DNA from: Deltaproteobacteria bacterium
GTDB taxonomy: Bacteria > Myxococcota_A > UBA796 > UBA9615
Reading direction: 5' to 3'
Length of the DNA: 64,000 nt
Assembly: GCA_023954745.1 (NCBI GenBank)
Contig: JAGSHC010000001.1
Span: forward strand, 85,672 to 149,671
Under the pieces are notes generated by a model, which worked only from the letters and a program-made list of their open reading frames with translations, was not told where the DNA came from and searched no databases. Shown piece by piece: positions 1 through 9,644 of this stretch (its first letter is position 1; each line of letters starts with the position of its first letter). A program made the translations under genes and the position numbers.

Positions 1-197
1 TTGGACTTCTTCTTCGGCGCGACGGACTGGCGCGGCGCCACAGGGGGAGCCGGCGGAGCCTTGCCGCTGGACTCACCCTCCTCGGGAGAGCCGGCCAGAG
101 CGCTGGACGTCGGCGCGGCGGGGAGACCCAGCGCCAACACCAGCGCCCAGACCCGGAGGTCCTTGACGAGGTGCCGACTGGTCCTTTTCCACGACAT
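1..197 (-). CDS. Partial (5' end only) secreted protein, runs off the window edge
   Basis: Read by hand, not in the ORF track: ATG at 197 gives MSWKRTSRHLVKDLRVWALVLALGLPAAPTSSALA|GSPEE..., a Sec-type signal peptide followed by a Pro-rich stretch; open to position 1. Confidence 0.65.
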   Translation of the reverse strand, partial: MSWKRTSRHLVKDLRVWALVLALGLPAAPTSSALAGSPEEGESSGKAPPAPPVAPRQSVAPKKKS

Positions 198-311
198 TGG
201 CGCCGATATTGTCACATTTTCCCCTGAACCGTGTTCCCAAAAAACCCGGCTCCAGCCTGTGTTACTGATCGGCGCCTGCTCGCAAGGGGTGAGGACGAGC
301 AGGCGGATTCC

Positions 312-1442
312 ATGCTTTCTGACGACGCTCGCGTCCGGTTGATCGACCACCTGCCGGACGGGTTGCTCCTCGTTCGCCAGGAAGTCGTCGTGTTTGCGAG
401 CGTGCGCGCTTCCGAAATCATGGGAATCTCTCCCAGGCGGATCCAGGGGGAACCGATCCACGTCCTCGGCGACGACGCAGTCCACGTCGTGCAGCGGGTC
501 CTCGCGGGTTCAGCGGTCTGCACGGCGCGCGATCTCCCCTGGTCCCGCCCGGGCGGGACCCGGCGCATCACCTTCGTCGGGAGCCCCGGAGAGCACGCCG
601 GCGAAGTCCTTCTCGTCGTCCGCGAAGCCATCGCCCAATCGGACCCCACAGAGCGCGATTCGTTCCGCCGACGCCTCCTTTGGCTCGACGGTCTTGCTGC
701 GGGCATGGCACACGAGGTCCGTAACCCACTCGGTGGAATCCGTGGCGCGGCGCAGCTGCTTCGCCGGTCCCCGGACCCTGCAGACGTAGACGAGCTCACG
801 GGTCTGATTATTCGAGAGACCGACCGAATCAACGCCATCGTGGAGCAGTTGATGCTGTTCTCACGTCCGCGTGCCCTGCGTCGTGACGCGGTCCAACTCA
901 ATCGCCTGCTCCACGACGAGGTCGCGCTCCTCCGGGCTCAGTCGGCGGGCCCCGGCGCAGAGTCGGGCCCCGAAGGCGCACCGACGATCGACGTAGTGCT
1001 CGACCTCGACCCATCGCTTCCACCAGTGGAGGGGGACCCCGACCGTCTTCGAGAGGCGGTGGGCAACCTGTTGAGGAACGCCTGGGAAGCTGCGCGCGCA
1101 CGCGTGCACGTGAGCACCCGCGTGGACCCAGAGTCGCGCGTACGTGAAGGGGGCCTCGACCGGGGCCTGGGGATCCGGGTCTCGGTGGGCGACGACGGCG
1201 AGGGCATTGATCCCGAGCGACTCCCGCAGCTCTTCGCCCCGTTCGCGACCACCAAGACCGACGGGAGCGGCCTCGGACTCTTCGTCACGCGTCTCGCCGT
1301 GGATGCACATGCTGGCAAGCTCGACGTACAACCGGGCCCTGGCCAGGGAGCGCGGTTCGACCTCACCTTGTGGGAGCGGCTGCCAGACGACGTCCCTACG
1401 GTGACCTCTACCGACTCGCCCCTTGTGGAGAGACCCCTGTGA
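312..1442 (+). CDS. PAS-domain sensor histidine kinase, NtrB/GlnL-like
   Basis: PAS-like N-terminus; H-box AGMAHEVRNPLGGIRGAAQLL (NtrB-type); N-box NLLRNA; DDGEG, F-box and GSGLGL; GTGA overlap with the response regulator; ATG 312 chosen as start. Confidence 0.88.
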   Translation: MLSDDARVRLIDHLPDGLLLVRQEVVVFASVRASEIMGISPRRIQGEPIHVLGDDAVHVVQRVLAGSAVCTARDLPWSRPGGTRRITFVGSPGEHAGEVLLVVREAIAQSDPTERDSFRRRLLWLDGLAAGMAHEVRNPLGGIRGAAQLLRRSPDPADVDELTGLIIRETDRINAIVEQLMLFSRPRALRRDAVQLNRLLHDEVALLRAQSAGPGAESGPEGAPTIDVVLDLDPSLPPVEGDPDRLREAVGNLLRNAWEAARARVHVSTRVDPESRVREGGLDRGLGIRVSVGDDGEGIDPERLPQLFAPFATTKTDGSGLGLFVTRLAVDAHAGKLDVQPGPGQGARFDLTLWERLPDDVPTVTSTDSPLVERPL

Positions 1443-2896
1443 GTGCCCGCGTCCTGATCGCTGAAGACGACCGAAGCCTGCGCACGGTCATGGGCAAGGT
1501 GTTGGCCGGTCAGGGCTTTGTCGTGCACGAGGCCGGAGATGGACAAGAAGCACTGGAGCGGCTGTCGGGTGAGCGGTTCGATGTCGCGATCGTGGACATC
1601 AAGATGCCGACCCTGTCGGGCCTCGATCTGCTGGAGAAGGTGCGGGCTCTCCCCGACCCTCCCCACGTCATCGTGATCACCGCGCAGAACACGATGCAGA
1701 ACGCCATCGAGGCGATGAAGCGGGGCGCCTACGAGTACCTGACCAAGCCCTTCGACATCGATCTCTTCGAGGAGCTCGTGCTCCGGGCCGCTGGCGATCG
1801 CGTGGGGAGGACGGCCCCCTCCAGCACTCTGGACGATGGGCCGGTCGACTCACCGGACACCCGCACGCTCTTCGGGGAGAGCCCTGCGATGCAGCGGGTC
1901 TTCAAGGCCATTGGCCGGGCCGCTCGCAGCCCACATGCTGTGCTGATCAGCGGAGAGAGCGGGACCGGCAAGGAGCTCGTCGCGCGCATCCTTCACCAGT
2001 CGAGCGATCGGTCCACTGGCCCCTTCGTGGCGGTGAACGCCGCTGCGATTCCATCGGAGCTGCTCGAAGCGACCCTCTTTGGGCACGCCAGGGGTGCGTT
2101 CACTGGCGCGACGGAGGCGAACCCCGGCAAGTTCCAGGCGGCTGACGGCGGAACCCTCTTCCTCGACGAGGTCGGCGAGATGCCGCTGGCGCTCCAGGCC
2201 AAGCTCTTGCGGGTCCTCCAGGAGAAGGAGTTCTATCCGTTGGGGGCGGCGCGGCAGGTCCGAGTGGATGTGCGCATCGTCGCTGCGACCAACCGCGACC
2301 TCCTCGAAGAGGTGCGTGCCAGCCGGTTCCGAAGCGACCTCTTCTACCGTCTCGACGTGCTCGCCATCGAGCTGCCCCCTCTGCGCGACCGCAAGGACGA
2401 CATCCCGAGTCTCGCGCAGTGGTTGCTCGACCGGCACGCCTCGAGTGGCACCGTTCCTCGCCGCACCCTCTCCCACGAGGCCATCGCGTGGCTGTCCCGG
2501 TACACGTTCCCGGGCAATGTGCGGGAGCTCGAGAACATGCTTGTCCGGGCCGCCACGTTCGCGACCGGGGAGACGATCCGCGTCGAGGATCTGCTCGGCC
2601 CCACCGGCCAGGGGCGGCGGGAGACGGGCAATCAGGAAGAGTCCATCGAGGACTTGCTGCGACGGCGCCTCGGGCCCGTGGTGCGCAACTTCGCGGAGCC
2701 GCCGCGAGGGCGGAAGTCGGATCTGCACTCCCTGGTGGTGGGCATGACGGAGCGGGTCCTGATCGAGCTGGCCTTGGAGCGGACGCGGGGCAACCAGGTG
2801 CAAGCTGCCAAGCTGCTCGGGATCAACCGCAATACGCTGCGTCGCAAGCTGGATGACTTCGACCTGGACCCAGACGACGCGAGGAGCCGTCGATGA
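1439..2896 (+). CDS. Sigma54-dependent response regulator, NtrC-like (REC-AAA+-HTH)
   Basis: VLIAEDD...DIKMP receiver; GESGTGKE; GAFTGA; LFLDEVGEM; PGNVRELEN; Fis-type HTH GNQVQAAKLLGINRNTLRRK; GTG start overlaps the kinase stop. Confidence 0.92.
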   Translation: MSARVLIAEDDRSLRTVMGKVLAGQGFVVHEAGDGQEALERLSGERFDVAIVDIKMPTLSGLDLLEKVRALPDPPHVIVITAQNTMQNAIEAMKRGAYEYLTKPFDIDLFEELVLRAAGDRVGRTAPSSTLDDGPVDSPDTRTLFGESPAMQRVFKAIGRAARSPHAVLISGESGTGKELVARILHQSSDRSTGPFVAVNAAAIPSELLEATLFGHARGAFTGATEANPGKFQAADGGTLFLDEVGEMPLALQAKLLRVLQEKEFYPLGAARQVRVDVRIVAATNRDLLEEVRASRFRSDLFYRLDVLAIELPPLRDRKDDIPSLAQWLLDRHASSGTVPRRTLSHEAIAWLSRYTFPGNVRELENMLVRAATFATGETIRVEDLLGPTGQGRRETGNQEESIEDLLRRRLGPVVRNFAEPPRGRKSDLHSLVVGMTERVLIELALERTRGNQVQAAKLLGINRNTLRRKLDDFDLDPDDARSRR

Positions 2897-3561
2897 GCAC
2901 ATCGCCGATTCGAGGCCTGTACGGCATCGCTGATGTCAGCGGGGCGCCCGGACGCACGGAGCTGGAGGTTGGCCGCGCCTTCCTCGATGCAGGCGTCACG
3001 GTGCTTCAGCTCCGCATGAAGGGAAAGCCACGGGACGAGGTGCGAGCAGCGCTCTTGGACCTTCGCCCCCTGGCAGCAGAAGCCGGCTGCGCGCTGTTGG
3101 TGAACGACGATGTCGACCTGGCTGCCGAGTTCGATGACGTGGGGGTGCACCTGGGACAAGGCGACCTGAACCCCCGCGCTGCGCGCGCTCGCCTCGGCCC
3201 GGAGGTGATCATCGGGTGGTCCACGCACGACGCTTCGCAAGTACGCCTCGCCGCAGACCTGCCGGTGGACTACGTGGGCTTCGGCCCCGTCTTCTCGGCG
3301 GCGGGCAAGCACCTCGCTCCAACCGACACCCGGACCCCCATGGAGGCGGTGGGCCTGGCTTCCTTGTCCGGGGTCGTGGCCGAAGCTACCGTCCCGGTGG
3401 TCGCGATCGGCGGCATCGACGAGGCCCGTATCGGCTCGGTCATGCAGGCGGGCGCTGCCGCTGCGGCGGTGATCTCCGCAGTAGCCTGCGCAGAGAACCC
3501 AGCGTCCGCTGCCCGGGATCTCGCCTCGCTGATTCGGGACCGCTCGGAAGGACTTCGATGA
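2893..3561 (+). CDS. thiE: Thiamine-phosphate synthase
   Basis: QLRMK, LLVNDDVDLA, GVHLGQGD, IGWSTH, DYVGFGPVF and VAIGGI motifs; ATGA overlap. Confidence 0.92.
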   Translation: MSTSPIRGLYGIADVSGAPGRTELEVGRAFLDAGVTVLQLRMKGKPRDEVRAALLDLRPLAAEAGCALLVNDDVDLAAEFDDVGVHLGQGDLNPRAARARLGPEVIIGWSTHDASQVRLAADLPVDYVGFGPVFSAAGKHLAPTDTRTPMEAVGLASLSGVVAEATVPVVAIGGIDEARIGSVMQAGAAAAAVISAVACAENPASAARDLASLIRDRSEGLR

Positions 3562-4490
3562 GACGAACAACCGCCCTTCTCCTCGGAGCGTCCCTCGTGG
3601 GCGGTGCCTTTGCTGGATGCCGCACCTCGGACCCGGACGCCTTCCCGCGTGACGGCTACGTCGACCCCCACGGAGACGACGACGACGACTCCACCGAGGT
3701 GGACCCCAATGACCCCGAGGGTGGGGATCGCATCGCGTTTCTCGATGTGATCCAGCACTCGACGTTTGGCGGGGGCGTCGTGACCTACGAGGCCCGCGCC
3801 TCGTTTTTCGACCCGGAACCACTCCCCGTGCCGCAGCCCGGAGTCGAGGAGTGCTTCGCCAACGGGACCGATCTGGACCCCTGGAACCCCGCTCCATCGA
3901 GCGAGGAGTTCGGAGCTCCCGTCATCACGCTGGACGGGGACCCCTGGGAACTCGAGATGTTCGGCACCGACTACTGGCGCCGGAGCCTGCCCGAGCGCAT
4001 CTGGACCGACGGCGACGACGCAAACGTGCTCCTGCCCGAGACCGAGCTGGGCCCTGTCCAGTACGACGACGTCGTCTCGCTGCCTGCCGCTCTGGTCGGG
4101 ACGAGCATGACCCTCGAGCGCGAGGTGGGGATCGTGGTCGAGTGGGAGTCCGACGTGGACGCCAACCAGCTCTTGCTGGTCGTGAAGGGCGACGACTCCG
4201 GTCGTACGGAGTATGTGGTCTGTGCGCCCCTCGACGACGGCGAGTTCGTCATCCCCGCGAGCCTGTTCGACAACTACCCCGCCGGCAGCGTCGAGCTGCT
4301 CCTCCGTCGCGAGCGTGTCAACGACCGCTGGGTCATCGGTCCTCAAGGCTGGGGCCGCACCGTGGGCGTCTCCCAGGTGCGGGCTCAGTTCCTCATCGAG
4401 GAGGGGGCCTTCGACCCCGAAGGGGACGACGACGACTCCGCAGGGGACGACGACGACTCCGCAGGGGACGACGACGACTCGTCCAACTGA
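3558..4490 (+). CDS. Acidic lipoprotein of unknown function with a GDDDDSA-repeat tail
   Basis: MRRTTALLLGASLVGGAFAGC lipobox; ATGA overlap with thiE. Confidence 0.8.
   Translation: MRRTTALLLGASLVGGAFAGCRTSDPDAFPRDGYVDPHGDDDDDSTEVDPNDPEGGDRIAFLDVIQHSTFGGGVVTYEARASFFDPEPLPVPQPGVEECFANGTDLDPWNPAPSSEEFGAPVITLDGDPWELEMFGTDYWRRSLPERIWTDGDDANVLLPETELGPVQYDDVVSLPAALVGTSMTLEREVGIVVEWESDVDANQLLLVVKGDDSGRTEYVVCAPLDDGEFVIPASLFDNYPAGSVELLLRRERVNDRWVIGPQGWGRTVGVSQVRAQFLIEEGAFDPEGDDDDSAGDDDDSAGDDDDSSN
4421..4480 (+). repeat. 21-bp tandem repeat (about 2.9 copies) encoding GDDDDSA
   Basis: Unit aggggacgacgacgactccgc at 4421, 4442 and 4463 (partial). Confidence 0.9.
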
Positions 4491-4502
4491 GCAGGACCGA
4501 CG

Positions 4503-5894
4503 TTGACTCCCTTGGTCGAGCGCCCAGGCGCTCTGTGGTTGGACACCGGAACGCCCGAAGGCACCGCAGCCGGGACCAGCTATGTCGCGGCCGAGCCTGC
4601 GCTGTGGCTCCGTGGTCGTGGCGACACCCTCGAGATCCTCCCGGGACCCTTGGGGGATCGGGGCTGGGGGGCCCGCGTCGCGGCGATGGACCCAGGGGTT
4701 GGTGAGGCATTCGATCGGCTGAAGGCCATCGCCCGAGGTCTGACGACGCCCATGCTTCAGGCTGTGGGCGAAGCGAGGTTCCCCGGCGGGCTGGCGGGCT
4801 TCTTCTCCTACGATCTGGGCCGGCGCTTCGAAGAGGTGCCGGCCACGATCGCGCCGCACTCGGCCGACGTGCCCTGGGACTTCGTCTTGGGGCTCTACGA
4901 CGAAGTGCTCTCGCTGGACGGCCGCACCGGTGTGCGGCGGGTGCATCGTCTCCCCGGCTCCGCGCGGCGTCTCGAGCGGCACACCCCGCTGCTTCCCTCG
5001 CGTCTGCCCGACGTGCCCGGTGCGGCCGTCCTACCCCAGCCGGAGATGACCCGCGCGGAGCACGCCGAGGCGGTGCGCTCCATTCGCGAGCACATCAGCG
5101 CCGGGACCATCTACCAGGCGAACCTCACCCTGCGGTTTCGGGCGCCGTCGACCCACCCGCGAGCCCCCCTGGCGACCTTTCTGCGCCTGCAGGCATCGAA
5201 CCCCGCACCCTTTGCGGCGTACCTCGATCTGCCAGGAATGGCCGTCGTGTCGACCAGCCCCGAGTGCTTCTTGAGCCTGTCCGCGGACCGGCGCGCGCTG
5301 TCCCGTCCCATCAAGGGCACGGCACCTCGCGGAGCGGACCCTGTCTCCGACGCGAGCTTCCGTCAGGGGCTCCTGGCCTCTTTCAAGGACCGCGCCGAGC
5401 TCACGATGATCGTGGACCTCGTGCGCAACGACCTCGGCCGTGTCTGCGCTCTGGGCACGGTCTCTCGCGCGCCGGAGCTCCGCTGCGAGGCACACCCCAC
5501 GGTCTGGCATCTCGTGGCGGACGTGCAGGGACGACTTCGGGATGGGGTGGACGGGCTCGACCTGCTGCGGGCGAGTTTTCCGCCCGGGTCGTGCATCGGG
5601 GCTCCCAAGATCCGGGCGATGGCGATCATCGAGGAGCTGGAGCGATCGCGACGGGGCCCCTACACCGGAGCGATTGGCTGGGTCAGCGCAGATGGTGGCC
5701 TCGGGCTGTCGGTGGCGATCCGGACCCTGGTCTTCCGGGAGGGCGAAGTGTCCTACGGAGTGGGCGGGGGGATCGTCTACGACAGCGACCCGGATCGGGA
5801 ATGGGAGGAGGCTCTTCTCAAGGGCCGGGCCCTCGCAAATGCCCTGGCTAGCTCGTCCCTGCCCTTGACTTCCCACGCGCGTGCGGGAAACTGA
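4503..5894 (+). CDS. pabB: Aminodeoxychorismate synthase component I / anthranilate synthase component I family
   Basis: GGLAGFFSYDLG, IYQANL, NPAPFAAY, SPECF, SRPIKGT (PIKGT is PabB-type), KDRAELTMIVDLVRNDLGR, GAPKIRAM, GGGIVYDS. Confidence 0.85.
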   Translation: MTPLVERPGALWLDTGTPEGTAAGTSYVAAEPALWLRGRGDTLEILPGPLGDRGWGARVAAMDPGVGEAFDRLKAIARGLTTPMLQAVGEARFPGGLAGFFSYDLGRRFEEVPATIAPHSADVPWDFVLGLYDEVLSLDGRTGVRRVHRLPGSARRLERHTPLLPSRLPDVPGAAVLPQPEMTRAEHAEAVRSIREHISAGTIYQANLTLRFRAPSTHPRAPLATFLRLQASNPAPFAAYLDLPGMAVVSTSPECFLSLSADRRALSRPIKGTAPRGADPVSDASFRQGLLASFKDRAELTMIVDLVRNDLGRVCALGTVSRAPELRCEAHPTVWHLVADVQGRLRDGVDGLDLLRASFPPGSCIGAPKIRAMAIIEELERSRRGPYTGAIGWVSADGGLGLSVAIRTLVFREGEVSYGVGGGIVYDSDPDREWEEALLKGRALANALASSSLPLTSHARAGN

Positions 5895-5910
5895 CGAACT
5901 GAGGTCGTCT

Positions 5911-5938
5911 GCTTTCTAGGAAGGAAAGCGATCTTTTT
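5911..5938 (+). terminator. Weak intrinsic terminator-like hairpin after pabB
   Basis: gctttc-N7-gaaagc followed shortly by ttttt. Confidence 0.35.
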
Positions 5939-6024
5939 GTTCCCCACCTCGGGGTGCATCGGTTTCGTGGATCGACGGGCCGCCTGTGCAAAGGCTCGCT
6001 GTATCTGACTGGGAGGTCACAAAC

Positions 6025-7701
6025 GTGCGCATCACTTCTCTGACTCGCGGACTCGGTATCGGTCTCGCCATCGCGTCGCTCGGCGCCATGGTCGGCTGCT
6101 CCGAGACCGTCCTGATCTCGAACCCCGAGTCGGCCCCGCCGACCCGGGTCAACGCCATCATCGAGGTCACCTCCGACAACCCGGACAACCCACTCCTCGT
6201 GGACTTCGGCGAAGTGGTCGCCGGTGAGTTCCGGGACAAGGAAGTCACGGTTCGGAACATCGGCACCGACACCCTGCAGCTGCAGGACTTCGTGCTGAGC
6301 AACAGCGCATCGTTCGAGCTGCTGAACCTCGAAGAGCTGGTTCCGCTGCTCGTACCCGACGGCGCATGGGTCCTCCAGGTCCGGTACCGCCCGGCCCAGG
6401 ACGAGACGATCCAGGCCACCCTCATCGTCGCTTCGAACGACCGCGAGAACCCTGAGGTTCCCGTGTCGCTGCGCGCCGAGGGTCTCGCCCCCGCCATCGA
6501 CATCGACCCGGACAGCTTCGACTTCGGCAACCGCGAGCTCGGCTGCGTCGGCTCCCTCAACGTGCAGATCGCCAACGTCGGTCGCGCGCCGCTGAGCCTC
6601 GACGAGATTTCGTTCGAGGACCTCTCCGGCAACGGTGAGATGACCGTGCAGCACAGCATCCCGCCTGGGGACACCCTCGAGCCGAGCGAGACCCGCACGG
6701 TCGAGATCTTCTACGCGCCCTCGGACGTGCAGCCCGACACCGGCACCCTCACGGTGACCAGCAACGACCCGCTGCGCCCCGAGGCGACCGCCACTCAGTT
6801 CGGCATCGCGCACCTCGGTGAGAGCAACATCGACCAGTTCGCTCAGGACGGGAACAACTCCACCGACATCCTCTGGGTGGTGGACCACTCCTGCTCCATG
6901 GGTGACGAGCAGAGCTCGCTGGCCGTGAACTTCGCGTCCTTCGTCCAGATCGTCGAGGCACTCGACATGGACTTCCAGATCGGCGTGACCACCATGGACA
7001 TCGGCGACAACGGCCTGCTGGAGGGCACCACGCCCATCATCACGCCCAACACGCCGGACCCGGCCGGCACCTTTGCCGCCAACGTCAACCTCGGCACCGC
7101 CGGCTCCGGCATCGAGAAGGGCTTCGACGGCTCCTACCTCGCGCTGTCGTCCCCGAACATCGACCCCGGTGGCGCCAACGCCGCGTTCCTCCGCGACGAG
7201 GCTGGTCTCCGGATCATCTACGTGTCTGACGAGCCCGAGCAGTCCACCACCCTCGGTGGCGGTGACCCGCAGGCCTACGTGACCTACTTCGAGGGTCTCA
7301 AGGCCAACCCCGAGCACGTCGTGCTCTCGGACATCAGTGGCGGCCTGACCGGTTGCTCCGGCGGCGGCGGCAGCGCCTCCAACGGTGTGGACTACGTCCA
7401 GGCCACCATCCTGACCGGCGGCATCTCGGCCAGCATCTGCGACCCCAACTGGGTGAGCACGCTGTCGGCCCTCGCTTGGCTCGCCCAGTCCTTCGCGGAC
7501 ACCTTCGAGCTGAGCAAGACGCCGGTGCCTGACACCATCGAGGTCCGGCTCTCGACGGACGGCATCAACTACGTGCCGATCTACGTGGGCTGGGTCTTCG
7601 ACCAGGCGCTCAACGCCATCGTGTTCGATCTCGATCACATCCCGGACAACGGGGACATCATCGAGGTCGAGTACACCGTGCTCGGCGACTGCGAGGACTA
7701 G
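6025..7701 (+). CDS. Lipoprotein with two Ig-like (choice-of-anchor D/ASH-like) domains and a vWA domain
   Basis: GGAGG at 6012-6016 then GTG; lipobox AMVGC; repeated (V/F)DFG...N(I/V)G...L...SND modules; MIDAS-like DILWVVDHSCSM; IIYVSDE. Confidence 0.8.
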   Translation: MRITSLTRGLGIGLAIASLGAMVGCSETVLISNPESAPPTRVNAIIEVTSDNPDNPLLVDFGEVVAGEFRDKEVTVRNIGTDTLQLQDFVLSNSASFELLNLEELVPLLVPDGAWVLQVRYRPAQDETIQATLIVASNDRENPEVPVSLRAEGLAPAIDIDPDSFDFGNRELGCVGSLNVQIANVGRAPLSLDEISFEDLSGNGEMTVQHSIPPGDTLEPSETRTVEIFYAPSDVQPDTGTLTVTSNDPLRPEATATQFGIAHLGESNIDQFAQDGNNSTDILWVVDHSCSMGDEQSSLAVNFASFVQIVEALDMDFQIGVTTMDIGDNGLLEGTTPIITPNTPDPAGTFAANVNLGTAGSGIEKGFDGSYLALSSPNIDPGGANAAFLRDEAGLRIIYVSDEPEQSTTLGGGDPQAYVTYFEGLKANPEHVVLSDISGGLTGCSGGGGSASNGVDYVQATILTGGISASICDPNWVSTLSALAWLAQSFADTFELSKTPVPDTIEVRLSTDGINYVPIYVGWVFDQALNAIVFDLDHIPDNGDIIEVEYTVLGDCED

Positions 7702-7785
7702 ACGCCTCGGGCGTCTGAGCCCAGATACAGTGACACTCCCTGAGCGGCCTCGAACTTCGGTTCGGGGCCGCTCTGCTTGGAGCCC

Positions 7786-8019
7786 ATGCCCATCACCGAG
7801 ATCGTTCGCATCCTGGCTCGCGCTTCCTTTCCCGGGGGGACGTACGAGCTGCTCTACGACGTGACCGGGGAGATGCTTCCCGACGAGGAGACCCTGGGCT
7901 GGCCCGCGTTCTGGCTCCGGGAGCTCGATGGGGACACCGTGCTCCAGCGAGTGCACGGTCCATGGGAGACCGAGGACGAGGCCATCGAGTGGGCCGAAGC
8001 CTGCGGCGCCGTCTGGTAG
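7786..8019 (+). CDS. Small hypothetical protein (77 aa)
   Basis: Coding-like composition, fills the intergenic gap; C-terminal HGPWETEDEAIEWA. Confidence 0.65.
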   Translation: MPITEIVRILARASFPGGTYELLYDVTGEMLPDEETLGWPAFWLRELDGDTVLQRVHGPWETEDEAIEWAEACGAVW

Positions 8020-8038
8020 GGCACTCCAGCGGCGGGGA

Positions 8039-9640
8039 TCAGCCGCCCGCGGCGGCCATGCGAGCGATGCGGTCCTTGGTCAGTGACCGATCTGGCCAAC
8101 GGGAGCGCATGTGGTCGAGCACCTCTCGCGCTCGCTCCAGTCGTTGACGCTGAAGAAGTACATCGAAGGCCAGAGCGACGAATGGCAGGTCGTCGGGCTC
8201 GAGAAGGAGCATCCGCTCGGCCATTTGTTCGCGATCTGCTGCCAGCGCGCGCCCCTCTCCCAAGTGCAGCTCCAGCCAGAGTCGCCAGTAGAGGACCTCT
8301 GAAGCATCCGGCTCGGAGACCTCGAGCTCGGCGAGCAGGCCTTCGGCCTCCTCGCGCTGACCCAGCCGAGCCAGCGTCGCCGCGAGAGCGAGGCGGGAGC
8401 TGTTGTCCCCCTCCACCAAGGCACTGCGTGCCTGGCGCACCGCGTCCGTCTCCGTGAGGGAGAGGGAGGTGAAGGCTCGCTGTCGCACCCTCTTGTACGC
8501 ACCCCAGTGCTCGATGGGGTGCACGAACTGAAGAGTGGTGACGTGGGCGCCCCGGACGCACCCGAGGTCGAGAGACCGCAGCAGATCGCCATCGACGACC
8601 AGATCCGCTTCCATCGTGAAGCAGCCCTCCAAGGACTCGGGCATGCGAGGCGCGAGGGCCATGTCCCGCGGGGAGACCACCGCGCCTCCGCGCTCCAGCG
8701 ACGCGACCCAGGCGGCCTTCACCGATGCTCGGGATGGTGGCTCGTGCTCCTCGACCCAGGCGCTGCTCGTGAGCCGCGCCGCGCCGGTCGGAGAGCGCCA
8801 GCTCGGAGCTCCATCGGCTTGCTCGCTGATCCACGTGCGGGGCGGTGCCAGTCGGTACCCCGCCTGGGGGAACTCCACCGGGTCTCCCGGGCTGACCGTG
8901 CCGATGAAGTCCAGGCCCCAGGCAGCAGGCATGAGGACGCCGGCGCCGAACAACACGCCCGCGGCGGCGGCGGCGCGCATGGGGGCCCTCCAGCTCTCCG
9001 CCGGCGTCTCGACGTGGGCCGAGGGCAACGTCATTCCCAGGGCGCCGCCCGCCATCAGACCGCCGAGGTGGCAGAAGTTGTCGACCCAGTCGGACCACAT
9101 GGCCCCGAATGCCAGGAAGTAGACGACGAAGGGGAAGACCGACCACCCGAAGCGCGCTGCGGTGCGCGGGGGCAGCCACTCGCCGTAGCGCCAGCCCAAG
9201 GCCACCGCGGCGCCGAAGAGCCCGAAGGTGACGCCCGACGCGCCGACCGTAGGAAGCGGGGTCGCCACGCTGGAGACGATCATCGAAGCGACAGCTGAGC
9301 CCACGACAACGAGCAGCGTGCCGGTGCGGCCCAGCAGGGACTCCACGTTCCAGCCGACATACAGAACGTAGAGAAGGTTGGGGATGAGGTGGGTCCACCC
9401 TGCGTGCAGAGCGGAGGCCGTGACGAGCCGCCACCACTGACCGAGCTCTACCTGGTGGGGGAGGGACTTCGCGCCCTGCTCGATGAGGACGGCGCTCGTG
9501 AGGGTCCCAGCGCGGAGCTGCCAGGCAAACACGACGATCAGGATCGCGGCGCCGGCCAGAGTGACCCAGGGGATCTGGCGCAGGGAGAAGGCCGCCAGGA
9601 AACGGGCCTGCTCGTCGCTGGGCTCGTCGAGGTAGTCCAG
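8039..9640 (-). CDS. Rhomboid intramembrane serine protease with a C-terminal soluble domain and TPR-like helices (start uncertain: CTG 9640 or GTG 9532)
   Basis: PWVT, WWRLVT, HAGWTHLIPN, catalytic GASG and NFCHLGGL; the frame stays open upstream of the called GTG. Confidence 0.85.
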   Translation of the reverse strand: MDYLDEPSDEQARFLAAFSLRQIPWVTLAGAAILIVVFAWQLRAGTLTSAVLIEQGAKSLPHQVELGQWWRLVTASALHAGWTHLIPNLLYVLYVGWNVESLLGRTGTLLVVVGSAVASMIVSSVATPLPTVGASGVTFGLFGAAVALGWRYGEWLPPRTAARFGWSVFPFVVYFLAFGAMWSDWVDNFCHLGGLMAGGALGMTLPSAHVETPAESWRAPMRAAAAAGVLFGAGVLMPAAWGLDFIGTVSPGDPVEFPQAGYRLAPPRTWISEQADGAPSWRSPTGAARLTSSAWVEEHEPPSRASVKAAWVASLERGGAVVSPRDMALAPRMPESLEGCFTMEADLVVDGDLLRSLDLGCVRGAHVTTLQFVHPIEHWGAYKRVRQRAFTSLSLTETDAVRQARSALVEGDNSSRLALAATLARLGQREEAEGLLAELEVSEPDASEVLYWRLWLELHLGEGRALAADREQMAERMLLLEPDDLPFVALAFDVLLQRQRLERAREVLDHMRSRWPDRSLTKDRIARMAAAGG

Positions 9641-9644
9641 GACG

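Noticed and set aside
5895-6024. Possible riboswitch in this leader or at 24978-25162 (e.g. TPP, Moco, c-di-GMP)
   Set aside because: I could not match conserved aptamer cores by eye; an Infernal/Rfam scan would be needed to exclude it
7700-7716. Hairpin agacgcc-tcg-ggcgtct after the vWA lipoprotein gene
   Set aside because: Plausible pause or stabilising hairpin, but no U-tract; not enough to call a terminator
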